Origin: a virus
Taxonomy: Duplodnaviria > Caudoviricetes
Length of the DNA: 57,136 nucleotides
Reading direction: 5' to 3' (one strand)
IMG/VR virus record: IMGVR_UViG_3300005965_000101
Coordinates: 1 to 57,136 of that record
Position 1 is the first letter of the stretch; each line of letters starts with the position of its first letter. The position numbers were made by a program, and so were the translations under genes. The notes under the pieces were generated by a model that saw only the letters and a program-made list of their open reading frames with translations, was not told where the DNA came from and made no database searches. Below are positions 27,972-36,254 of the stretch, piece after piece.

Positions 27972-28145
27972 TTATCTTTTATTTAAATTATTAGCGAGTC
28001 CTTCACCTACGCCCTGTCCAAAGCCTTTTGCGGCTGAGGTGATTGCGTTAAGAGCGAATTGCTGAAATTCTTCATTAGTAACAACTTCTCTGACCACGCT
28101 GTCTTTAAGTAACTCTTTTACGTCTTCCGCTTTTATAAAAATCAT
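27972..28145 (-). CDS. 57-aa hypothetical protein, last gene of the late/lysis operon
   Basis: MIFIKAEDVK...AAKGFGQGVGEGLANNLNKR*; coupled to the upstream stop. Confidence 0.5.
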   Translation of the reverse strand: MIFIKAEDVKELLKDSVVREVVTNEEFQQFALNAITSAAKGFGQGVGEGLANNLNKR

Positions 28146-28639
28146 TATTTTAGATTCCTCCTGCGCTTATAGTCCAGATTAAATATATCTTTAGGGGTAT
28201 ATAGTGAAGTATTTACATCTTTCAGTATGCCAACCTTTTCAAACAAGTAGGCCACCAGCTCCGAGCATACGTTTAGTTTGTTATCTTCCGCAGGTTTATA
28301 CGCACCGAAGGAAAAAATGTTCAATACAAACTGTCCTATCTGCCGGAAATCATAAGGTTTATGCAACTCCTCTTCCACGCAGTCGTCAAACAGTTTCTGA
28401 TTATGGACTATTTTATTATAATCCTCGTTTTTCAACTGACAATGGATGATTTTTTGTTTACGCTTCAGGGCTTTTGATATTAAGGAAATCCTGACACCCC
28501 GGACGCTGGACTCTAAAAAATATCTCGGACCAAGACAAATTCCCACGTGGACCACATCGCTACCTGTAAATACGGATATAGCCTGGCCAAAAATATGCCT
28601 CGTTTTTAAAAAGCATAAAACATCGCCCTTACGAAACAT
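28145..28639 (-). CDS. Permuted papain-like NlpC/P60 (YiiX/YebB-like) enzyme
   Basis: KGDVL, HVGI (His precedes Cys), KPYD, VCSELVAY, YTPKD. Confidence 0.85.
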   Translation of the reverse strand: MFRKGDVLCFLKTRHIFGQAISVFTGSDVVHVGICLGPRYFLESSVRGVRISLISKALKRKQKIIHCQLKNEDYNKIVHNQKLFDDCVEEELHKPYDFRQIGQFVLNIFSFGAYKPAEDNKLNVCSELVAYLFEKVGILKDVNTSLYTPKDIFNLDYKRRRNLK

Positions 28640-29087
28640 TTTCCACCTCCTGTTTAATTATCTGAACTCCTTTGTTAATTCCCACATATCTGCCAACCAC
28701 GTGCGACCAGCGAGCTTTCCATCCTCTTACGTCAAGATGGAATCCCGGTTTTTTCCAGTCAGGATACACGCCAAACCCGACGTGGTTCTCAACCTGGTTA
28801 TCCTCCAACACTTTTTGAATTACCGTATAGACTTCATACGCCGATATGTTTTCAAAGTGAAAATCTGCGGCGCTTCCTTTATAGTGCTGAGAGCCGTCGG
28901 AATGCCCATCCGTAGCATACGCACAGTGGATAATGCACGGGGTAATTGTTTTATATTTTCGCCACGCATAGTTTTTAACCTCCTCAGTGATTTTGTCCAG
29001 GAGAAGCAAAAGAAGCCCGTTAACCCTGTCCGGTTCTCCCCAGTTTTCCCACCTTTCAAAATGCTTCAGTTTATTCCAAATAGCCAA
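28629..29087 (-). CDS. Peptidase M15-like endolysin
   Basis: HSDGSQHYKGSAADFH, GFGVYP, FHLDVRG..ARW zinc-peptidase motifs. Confidence 0.8.
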   Translation of the reverse strand: MAIWNKLKHFERWENWGEPDRVNGLLLLLLDKITEEVKNYAWRKYKTITPCIIHCAYATDGHSDGSQHYKGSAADFHFENISAYEVYTVIQKVLEDNQVENHVGFGVYPDWKKPGFHLDVRGWKARWSHVVGRYVGINKGVQIIKQEVENVS

Positions 29088-29091
29088 AGAA

Positions 29092-29361
29092 CTACTCCTT
29101 TATATCCTTTTTAGATTCAACTTTTATGTTTAGCCCCATTAAAAGCAGGTCCATTTTTGCGTTCATCTGAACAATCATTTCATTGTAAATGGATTGGTTT
29201 TCATGGGCTTTTGAGATTTTGTCGAATACTTCTGTCCTGCACTTACTCTGACACTGCCCGCAGTCGTTTTTTGTGCGAAAAACAAAAGCCATTAGGCTGC
29301 CAAAGACAACGAGTATGCCGACTATTGTGCCTATATCTCCCCACGTCAAAGTTAAAGACAT
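29092..29361 (-). CDS. Putative holin
   Basis: Single N-terminal TM segment (IGTIVGILVVFGSLMAFVF) and charged tail, directly upstream of the endolysin. Confidence 0.55.
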   Translation of the reverse strand: MSLTLTWGDIGTIVGILVVFGSLMAFVFRTKNDCGQCQSKCRTEVFDKISKAHENQSIYNEMIVQMNAKMDLLLMGLNIKVESKKDIKE

Positions 29362-29362
29362 C

Positions 29363-29791
29363 TTATCCCCCTTGTTTTAGTTTCATATACTTGTTATAAA
29401 TTGCCTCAGCAATTGGCTGTACGTCAGGCTCAAGATTGTCCTTAGCTTCCAATAATAGAGCTTCTATTTTATCAAACTCTCCTGATTCAAGATATTCCTG
29501 AACAGCATCTCTTACAGGTTTGTATTTTGCTTGCTGGAGTAAGGTAGCATCTTCATAAATTTCGGAAAGTTCTTTATGGATATCTTTTTGTTTTTGCTTT
29601 GCCAAATACTCGGGGCTGTCCCCAATAACAAACTCGCCATTGGAATAAAACCACGCCTGTTCTACTGGCAAGTCATGCAGTGCATTAGCTTCTCCCTCTG
29701 TAATTTCCACAAAAGGCTGAGGTACATCAATGCTTGCAGGGTATCTTTTCAAAACCTGCCCTGTATTTGCGTTATATCTAACCTTAATCAT
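29363..29791 (-). CDS. Putative tail-fibre assembly/chaperone-like protein
   Basis: YNANTGQV...P..VEITE pattern downstream of the fibre/DGR locus. Confidence 0.4.
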   Translation of the reverse strand: MIKVRYNANTGQVLKRYPASIDVPQPFVEITEGEANALHDLPVEQAWFYSNGEFVIGDSPEYLAKQKQKDIHKELSEIYEDATLLQQAKYKPVRDAVQEYLESGEFDKIEALLLEAKDNLEPDVQPIAEAIYNKYMKLKQGG

Positions 29792-30071
29792 TTATTACTC
29801 CCCCCACTTCTGTAACTGTGAAACCCAGTCTAAAAATCCTTGCGTTAGAGTCTTCTGTATATTCCTGTTGGATACGCTCCCCGTCTTGCTCAACTATTCT
29901 ATGTATGCTGTCCTCAATTCCTGTTTCATCTTCAGCAAGTACTTTTGTGTCTTGCCAGATGTAACGGGTATCTAATAACTTTTGCAACTCCTGCTTTGTT
30001 TTGGCAGGGTAATCAATTAACAGGTTGTAATAATCCTGTTTTGTATTTAATTTCTTCGGAAATCCTCGCAT
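29784..30071 (-). CDS. Hypothetical protein downstream of the DGR
   Basis: GGAGG SD; MRGFPKKLNTKQDY...RLGFTVTEV. Confidence 0.65.
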   Translation of the reverse strand: MRGFPKKLNTKQDYYNLLIDYPAKTKQELQKLLDTRYIWQDTKVLAEDETGIEDSIHRIVEQDGERIQQEYTEDSNARIFRLGFTVTEVGGVIND

Positions 30072-30080
30072 ATAGCCTCC

Positions 30081-30380
30081 TTATGTTAATGTGTAATATT
30101 TACCGATTTTTTGTATTGTTGCTAAAAATGGAATTTTATCACCGTATTTTTCAAGCTGTTCTATAAGGACTTTTGAGCCTAAGAAAAATACTCTTTTTTC
30201 GTTGTAATCGTCTTCAAATTGTACTGTCAGGCACTTGGGGTTTTTGTCCTTGTACTTTGAATTTTGAACTTTGTAGCCTGTAATTTTTATTTCTTTGTTT
30301 AGTATTTTTTCTATGCTGATTTTATCCCCGGTTAAGGGAAAACAATTTTCTGCAAATTCTGAAAACTTAGGCACTGACAA
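30081..30380 (-). CDS. Hypothetical protein overlapping the RT stop (candidate DGR accessory factor)
   Basis: Overlaps the RT 3' end; beta-rich 99 aa. Confidence 0.65.
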   Translation of the reverse strand: MSVPKFSEFAENCFPLTGDKISIEKILNKEIKITGYKVQNSKYKDKNPKCLTVQFEDDYNEKRVFFLGSKVLIEQLEKYGDKIPFLATIQKIGKYYTLT

Positions 30381-30663
30381 CTCTCTGTAACTCCTCCAAC
30401 TGTAATACTATTCGGTCAGGACTAAAAGGCAAAACGTAAATTGTCCGCTCTTTAGGCTCATAAACTTTCTTTTCATTGTATTTCGCTGTGGTAAAAGTTT
30501 TGTTTATTAAAGACTGCCTGACTTTTTCAAGATTATTCTCTCTGTCCTGTTCAAATTTTTGTATAGCCCTGTATTTACTCTTATGCCTTTTAGCTTTTTC
30601 ATAAGCAAGAGCGATGTTTTCCTTTGATGTTATTTTTTCCCAAAGTTTTCCGTGCCTTCTCAT
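30367..30663 (-). pseudogene. DGR reverse transcriptase, internally deleted
   Basis: MRRHGKLWEKITSKENIALAYEKAK...YEPKERTIYVLPFSPDRIV matches the DGR RT N-terminus (region 0-2), then jumps to LQLEELQRVVSA*; no YxDD. Confidence 0.88.
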
Positions 30664-30723
30664 TTTAAATAAAAGCCCCCGCTTTCGCTAAGGTTATGAA
30701 TTCAGCTGGAGTTTCACCCCATA

Positions 30724-30837
30724 TCGCCTCCCGACTGCCGATATTCGCATTCGCATTCGAACGGACGTTATTCGCATTCCGACAACGGGAACTGCAAGAC
30801 GCACCATTATTCCAATTACCGCCTGCAATAAGAGCGT
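30724..30837 (-). repeat. DGR template repeat (TR)
   Basis: 114-nt ungapped match to the VR; rich in AAT/AAC codons; lies between target gene and RT. Confidence 0.95.
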
Positions 30838-30867
30838 TGCATTCATAACTCATAACCTGAAATCTCC

Positions 30868-32379
30868 TTATACCGCTTTCGTCCAGCTCGCCCCCCGACC
30901 GCCGGCATGCTCATGCGCAGCCGAACGGACGTGATCCGCATGCCGACAACGGGAACCGCAAGACGCACCATGAGTCCAAGTACCGCCCGCAAGAAGAGCG
31001 TAAATAGAGCCATAGACTTGCCCTTTATCTCCTGACAAGCTGTCATAATTAGACCAGCTTGAGCCACCTGTAGGAGCTGATTCATTCAGCCATTGTTGGA
31101 GATAACCGCAACATTCTTCAACTCCGTAATTACTAACCATCCTTCTGGAGGCAGTATCTACGTGCCCACCTGATGTTTTCGGGGATGGTTCTGCTGCCCC
31201 TGATATAACAGTTTTTTGGTTACTCCCTTCTGCTGCGACTGAAAACTCTATATCAGTAAGCATGCGCTTGTTGGCTCTAAATAAATCTTCTGCGTGGTCA
31301 GGCCATGCCCTGGTGTCTGTTACAGTAGCTCCGTATTCCGAGGCTGTGGTTAACGTGTCTGTTGATACGTCATAAGTGCCAGACTGCAAATATATATCTA
31401 CCCAACTATCGGTTTCGGGAATGTATACCATGCCTTCTGGGCTTGCCACTGGCCTGTGAGATAAGCACCACACTGATTGAGGGAGTATATCCCCTGCTAC
31501 ATAATCCGATAACGGGTGGTCTGATATAGTTCCCACATCCACGCAAAGAGTATGGAAACCGCCTATTTTTCTTGACGTATCCGCTGCGTATCCATCAGGG
31601 TAAGTGGAATTTAGAGAAACTTTTATTTCAGACCCGCCAGAACCATCTTTGACCAAGTACACATAGTAATCTTTTCCCACGTCAAGGCTTGAGCCTGTGT
31701 CTAATAAGGTAACTATATCAAGTATGGTATCAGTATTAACGGTGTAATACCTTACATCAATATCTGTTTCAAACCTGACTTTAGTTCCTGCTTTTACTTC
31801 TAACTTCTTTTTGTCGCTGAATTGCAAGAATTGTTTGGTTAAGAAGGTGAAAGATTCAATATAACCATTTAAGAATGCTCCTATTTCCTGGACTTGTCCC
31901 CCAGAAAATTCAAAAATACTTACTTCATTTTTTTGTACCTGCCTGGATCCATAACGACTTAATTTGAGACTTGCTCCTTCTGTTAAGAGCCTAGCCTCAT
32001 TCCATTTAACATATACAATCCCTTTTGCTCTTCCAGTTATTGAGGTGATTTCGCTGGAACCAGTAACACTAAAAAAATTAGAATCTTTATCTAAACTTAA
32101 AACACTACTAGATACACTTATACTTTTTTGAGACCCCAGGGTAATTAATTGCCACCCAGTAGCAAGCGCATCTCCAGAGATTTTTTGATATAACTCTCCA
32201 TTAAGAGTGTTAACGCATAAAGCCCCTATATTGGCAACTGCAGATCCTTCTGGATTCCCTGCGTATTCAGTTATCCTGTTTTCTATCTTTCCGTTATTGC
32301 TGTTAATTTTAGTAAAAGCTTGTTTTAGGTTATCCCCTCCTTCACCTACAGTTAAATTTATTGATTGCAAATCAGACAT
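30868..32379 (-). CDS. DGR target receptor-binding/tail fibre protein (Mtd-like, C-type-lectin fold C-terminus)
   Basis: N-terminal GDNLKQAFTKINSN anchor; SRKIGGFH, PEGMVY, WVDIY, RMVSNYGVEECCG..QW, ALLAGG.W..GASCGSR; carries the VR. Confidence 0.9.
   Translation of the reverse strand: MSDLQSINLTVGEGGDNLKQAFTKINSNNGKIENRITEYAGNPEGSAVANIGALCVNTLNGELYQKISGDALATGWQLITLGSQKSISVSSSVLSLDKDSNFFSVTGSSEITSITGRAKGIVYVKWNEARLLTEGASLKLSRYGSRQVQKNEVSIFEFSGGQVQEIGAFLNGYIESFTFLTKQFLQFSDKKKLEVKAGTKVRFETDIDVRYYTVNTDTILDIVTLLDTGSSLDVGKDYYVYLVKDGSGGSEIKVSLNSTYPDGYAADTSRKIGGFHTLCVDVGTISDHPLSDYVAGDILPQSVWCLSHRPVASPEGMVYIPETDSWVDIYLQSGTYDVSTDTLTTASEYGATVTDTRAWPDHAEDLFRANKRMLTDIEFSVAAEGSNQKTVISGAAEPSPKTSGGHVDTASRRMVSNYGVEECCGYLQQWLNESAPTGGSSWSNYDSLSGDKGQVYGSIYALLAGGTWTHGASCGSRCRHADHVRSAAHEHAGGRGASWTKAV
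30888..31001 (-). repeat. DGR variable repeat (VR)
   Basis: 3' end of the 503-aa gene; 18 mismatches to TR, 16 at TR adenines. Confidence 0.95.
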
Positions 32380-32389
32380 TATTTTCTCC

Positions 32390-32911
32390 TTATACGGTAC
32401 TTAAACTTCCGCCACTGTTGTTCAAAATTAACCATCTCCCTGAAGCTAACGCTTTCAAGTGAATAAAATCATCAGCGTCATCCAGTGTTATTGTGTTATT
32501 CCCTGCAGCATTCACGGTATCACCTGAATAACAGCTTATTACTGCGTTATATCCTCCATCAGATTCAAGACAAATGATTATTTCCTTGCCCACAATATTT
32601 GCCGTCTGCGGTAATGTTAGGGCAATTTCCTCCGATGAAGTTGTAACCCCTATAAATCCCTGGTTATTTGTTATTGTTGTCGGAGTTGAAGTAACTGAAG
32701 TTTTCCCTGTTTGCATTCCTCCCGACAAGATAGTGTTTTTTGAAAAAGTGTTTTCTTCTGTATACGTGTTAGTATCAGCCAGTCCGGCTTTTTCCTCGTT
32801 TAATGTATTAAAATTCGTTGCCAGTTTGGTTATGAAATTAATCATGTCTTCGGAAAAATTACCGCCTTCCTCGGTAGGAAAAAACTTTAAAGTTTCAAGA
32901 GATGAAGTCAT
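32390..32911 (-). CDS. Putative tail fibre/structural protein
   Basis: IALTLP...GKEIII...ITLDDADDFIHL...RWLI pattern; tail-module position. Confidence 0.55.
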   Translation of the reverse strand: MTSSLETLKFFPTEEGGNFSEDMINFITKLATNFNTLNEEKAGLADTNTYTEENTFSKNTILSGGMQTGKTSVTSTPTTITNNQGFIGVTTSSEEIALTLPQTANIVGKEIIICLESDGGYNAVISCYSGDTVNAAGNNTITLDDADDFIHLKALASGRWLILNNSGGSLSTV

Positions 32912-32913
32912 AT

Positions 32914-34473
32914 CTATATCCCCCTGCTTGCATCAGCTTCTAAATATATTTCGTTTATTTTAAAGTTTGTATCTGCATCAAAATTGGAGATTATAATCTT
33001 TGTCTTGTCGAAACAGCCTTTAAAATCCAGATATTTTTTAATTGTCCTACTGTCGTCAAAAACACTGAGATCATATTGAGAATCGTCATAAATCGCTTTA
33101 TAGTTTTCAATATCAAACTCAAAAGTATCCAGCAAAACTGCACTTCCAATTTTGTCCTGTTTCTCTATCTTGATATTATCAACTCCGCCAGTGGGAGCTT
33201 CTATTTCAATATAAGACCTTGCAGAATGAGTTTTTGTTGAACTTGGAAGTCTGAAATCAACATCTCCAAGGCTGATAACTTTTTTATAACCTTCTCCGTT
33301 GTAATTGTATCCTGTATTAAACTCATATATATTGCCGTTTACATCTCCTGCAAAAACCTGTCCTGTTTGTGGGTCTTTAGTTATGCAGGTAAAAGCATAA
33401 TGATGGTACTCTCTCCTGAACCATCCTCCAGAGAAGTCATAAACAAAAGAAACATTGTTTTTATCATATCCGACAAATGGAACAAAAGAATACAATCTGC
33501 CATTTTCACCTTCATCCAAAAAAGCCATAAAAGAATTTTCCAGGTAATCAGGATTCATCCTGTCTTTTAATAAGGGTCTTATGGGTTTAGAAATATCCTG
33601 TGGTCTTATATATCCTTGATTATTTAGAGTTGAGAAAGGAACTATATTATCTTTGCAAAGAATAAATAATTCGCTTCCCGCTTTCTGAAGCCCTCGGGGT
33701 GAACTTGTCCCAACTCTTTCTTTTGAATATTCATACTGCCTGAACCTGTTAGCGTCGGAAGAATCACCAGAATTTCCTGTTACAGCATGCATCTCATCCT
33801 CTTTAGCTAGAACAATATTTGTTGATTGATATGCGGGAACAAACATGGATGACATGGCAGTTAACGGTTTTAAACTGCTTCCTATTAAAAGGCTTCCCGA
33901 GTTGTCAACTGTAGTAAAATTATCGGGAATTCCTGCGGCTGACCATCGGACTCTAGCAGGCTCATCAACATCATCAGTCCAGAGCCGGTCATTTACAAAC
34001 ACACCGAAATTGGCTTTATGATTGCTGGTTAATTGAGTTACAGAGTTAAAATCATATTTCTGCGGGTAATCAGTCCCGCTTAAGAGTACAAGATAACTTG
34101 CCACCCCCGTTTCTGTTGCCGGTACTATATGGGTGTATGTATCAGTTAACCCGGAATGTTTTTCTGTTTTAGCTATCGTTCCGCTTCGCCAGTTTGTAAT
34201 ATCAAAAACTTTTCCGTTCTGAATGGCGGTAAACTTATAATTCCCACTCCCATCCTTTGTTATATTAATGTTTCTTACAGGATTTCGTGTTCCAAGATGT
34301 ATTTTTTCAACAAAACCTTTGGATACTCTTAAAACCCCTGTTTTATAATCAGGCTCTATATTAATAAGACTATCAACGCTGGTTATCCCAACAGTAGTAT
34401 TCCTTTTCGTTGCTTTCTGCGAACGGTCTTCGCTTTTTATATATGTAAATAGTTCACTTACGATTCTACCCAT
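32914..34473 (-). CDS. Tail tubular/stabilisation (nozzle) protein, beta-propeller-like
   Basis: FVNDRLW, VRWSAAG.PDNF, VGTSSPRG, DISKPI, FVYDF..GW patterns typical of podoviral nozzle proteins. Confidence 0.65.
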   Translation of the reverse strand: MGRIVSELFTYIKSEDRSQKATKRNTTVGITSVDSLINIEPDYKTGVLRVSKGFVEKIHLGTRNPVRNINITKDGSGNYKFTAIQNGKVFDITNWRSGTIAKTEKHSGLTDTYTHIVPATETGVASYLVLLSGTDYPQKYDFNSVTQLTSNHKANFGVFVNDRLWTDDVDEPARVRWSAAGIPDNFTTVDNSGSLLIGSSLKPLTAMSSMFVPAYQSTNIVLAKEDEMHAVTGNSGDSSDANRFRQYEYSKERVGTSSPRGLQKAGSELFILCKDNIVPFSTLNNQGYIRPQDISKPIRPLLKDRMNPDYLENSFMAFLDEGENGRLYSFVPFVGYDKNNVSFVYDFSGGWFRREYHHYAFTCITKDPQTGQVFAGDVNGNIYEFNTGYNYNGEGYKKVISLGDVDFRLPSSTKTHSARSYIEIEAPTGGVDNIKIEKQDKIGSAVLLDTFEFDIENYKAIYDDSQYDLSVFDDSRTIKKYLDFKGCFDKTKIIISNFDADTNFKINEIYLEADASRGI

Positions 34474-36254
34474 TAATTCCACCTCACTGAACTTGCCCGT
34501 TGATATTCCTCGGACATATCAACAGCATCGTTATAAGTTAAATTGCTAAGTGTCTTTTTAGCCCATATTTCAAAATACTCCCTGAGGTTATTTCCCCTGT
34601 TTAATGCCACTTCTTTGGCAACATGCCACTTAAGTACATGTGCCCAAGATTCGGGGAGTAATGACGGAATTTTGGCATAATTCAGGCTGCTATCTTCAAG
34701 CTTGTAGTGCCATATCTTAATGGAATAATCCCTATCCGGCGTGTAATAAAGATAAAGTTTGTTTTGATTTACAGCAAAGTATATTGGTGCTCTGGTGTTT
34801 GAGCTGTCCTTATTTCTGTATTCCAGAAGTTTGCTGTAACTTATTTCTGTTATTTCTTCCCAGCACCCGTTAGAGTTGTAATATCCCAAGCATTCTATCC
34901 TGTGCGGGTCTATTCCTAAAGCGTCGAGACTATACTCATAAACCCCGGAAGAATAAGTTAACTGTGTTTCAGTATGGGTAAATTCAAAATACCGTTTGGT
35001 TAGTATGTCGTTTATCTGCTCTTTGCAAAAATCAAGGGCGTTTTTTTGAAAATGGGTTGTGCGATTGGTTTCGTTAATCCTGTCAATGTTTAAAAGATTA
35101 AAAGCTTCATTTACAATGTCGTAATAAGATTTTTTAGTCAGGCTCTCATACATAGCAAAAGCCATATAGGTATAACTCTGGGCTTCAAGCTCTGTTCCGC
35201 TTGTATAATTAAAACTGCCATCTGTAAATTGATTTGAAATAAGAGTAGATAAAATTGAAACTATATAAGAAAATACATTATCTTCTTTATCAACTTTAAA
35301 TTTTAATATTCCGGCCACTGCGAGCAGTGCGGCATATTTATAGTTATAATCGCCGTAAGTTATATCATAAAGATTTTCTTGACCTGCATAAATATCTTCA
35401 TTTCCTGCATAAATATCTTCGCTCCCTGCATAAAGAACAGGAAATGACACTTCAGTAGGAATATTAGCATTGGCAATAATGTACTCAAAAAACTTGTCCA
35501 GGATTAATTTTACGTTTAAGTCTCTTTTGCCTTTTAGTCTGTACTTTTCCCAATAATACAGGGCAAGGTTAAAGACAGTTTTGTATTGATGAAAAAAGTC
35601 TGTTTCATCCCCGGAAGGTCCGTCAAAATACCATTCGTTCGGGCTGCCGTAAGTGCCGTTTTCTTCAAGGTCAAGATTATAAAAAGGGGTAAAGCCTAAT
35701 TTTATTCCTGATTTCCCTGCAAAGTCGTCAAAAGAATTTTTTAAATAAGTTATACATTGAGAAGCGTTTGTAGAATAACTGCTTGCTAGATACCAGATAG
35801 CAGGGAATGAATCTGAGGCATAAAAGCCGCTTCTAAAATCAGGCACAAGAATAGAACTTGAATCATATAAAAGCACAAAAGAAGAGAGTCCGGCATTAGT
35901 GTCTCCTATATCCATATTAGTGTTCAAGCGGGAAAGAATTGCAGTATATTCCGATTGATAGCTTGCTATGCCTGTCATTTCGTATAATTTCTTTAAAGCA
36001 TACGCAAATTGTAATTTTATATATGGAGTTTCTCCAGAATTATAGGAAACCCCAACAGGAATTTTTGAACTTCTTGTAAAAGAAAAACTGTTAGAGATTA
36101 AATAATCCGCAAGGGATTTTGCGCTCTCAATATCCCCAATAAAAATATCTCCCAATAAAATATTAACTACAGCTTGGTCATTGCTATAGCTTATATTGTT
36201 ATCAATGTAATACTTGAGTTTTCTTTTTGAAAATTTAGTGTTTATCATTTTCAA
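34473..36254 (-). CDS. Virion protein: N-terminal helical domain fused to a head-tail adaptor-like domain
   Basis: C-terminal ~220 aa aligns by eye with the 36251-36913 protein. Confidence 0.6.
   Translation of the reverse strand: MKMINTKFSKRKLKYYIDNNISYSNDQAVVNILLGDIFIGDIESAKSLADYLISNSFSFTRSSKIPVGVSYNSGETPYIKLQFAYALKKLYEMTGIASYQSEYTAILSRLNTNMDIGDTNAGLSSFVLLYDSSSILVPDFRSGFYASDSFPAIWYLASSYSTNASQCITYLKNSFDDFAGKSGIKLGFTPFYNLDLEENGTYGSPNEWYFDGPSGDETDFFHQYKTVFNLALYYWEKYRLKGKRDLNVKLILDKFFEYIIANANIPTEVSFPVLYAGSEDIYAGNEDIYAGQENLYDITYGDYNYKYAALLAVAGILKFKVDKEDNVFSYIVSILSTLISNQFTDGSFNYTSGTELEAQSYTYMAFAMYESLTKKSYYDIVNEAFNLLNIDRINETNRTTHFQKNALDFCKEQINDILTKRYFEFTHTETQLTYSSGVYEYSLDALGIDPHRIECLGYYNSNGCWEEITEISYSKLLEYRNKDSSNTRAPIYFAVNQNKLYLYYTPDRDYSIKIWHYKLEDSSLNYAKIPSLLPESWAHVLKWHVAKEVALNRGNNLREYFEIWAKKTLSNLTYNDAVDMSEEYQRASSVRWN

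Noticed and set aside
28446-29114. 222-aa + strand ORF
   Set aside because: Antisense shadow of the motif-bearing endolysin and NlpC/P60 genes; no recognisable features.
30367-30663. Group II intron or retron RT
   Set aside because: The adjacent TR/VR pair with adenine-specific differences and the N-terminal sequence style indicate a DGR; no intron domain V or msr/msd was seen.
30665-30853. 62-aa protein-coding ORF
   Set aside because: It is the translation of the DGR template repeat (Asn-rich copy of the VR); TRs are often open without being genes.
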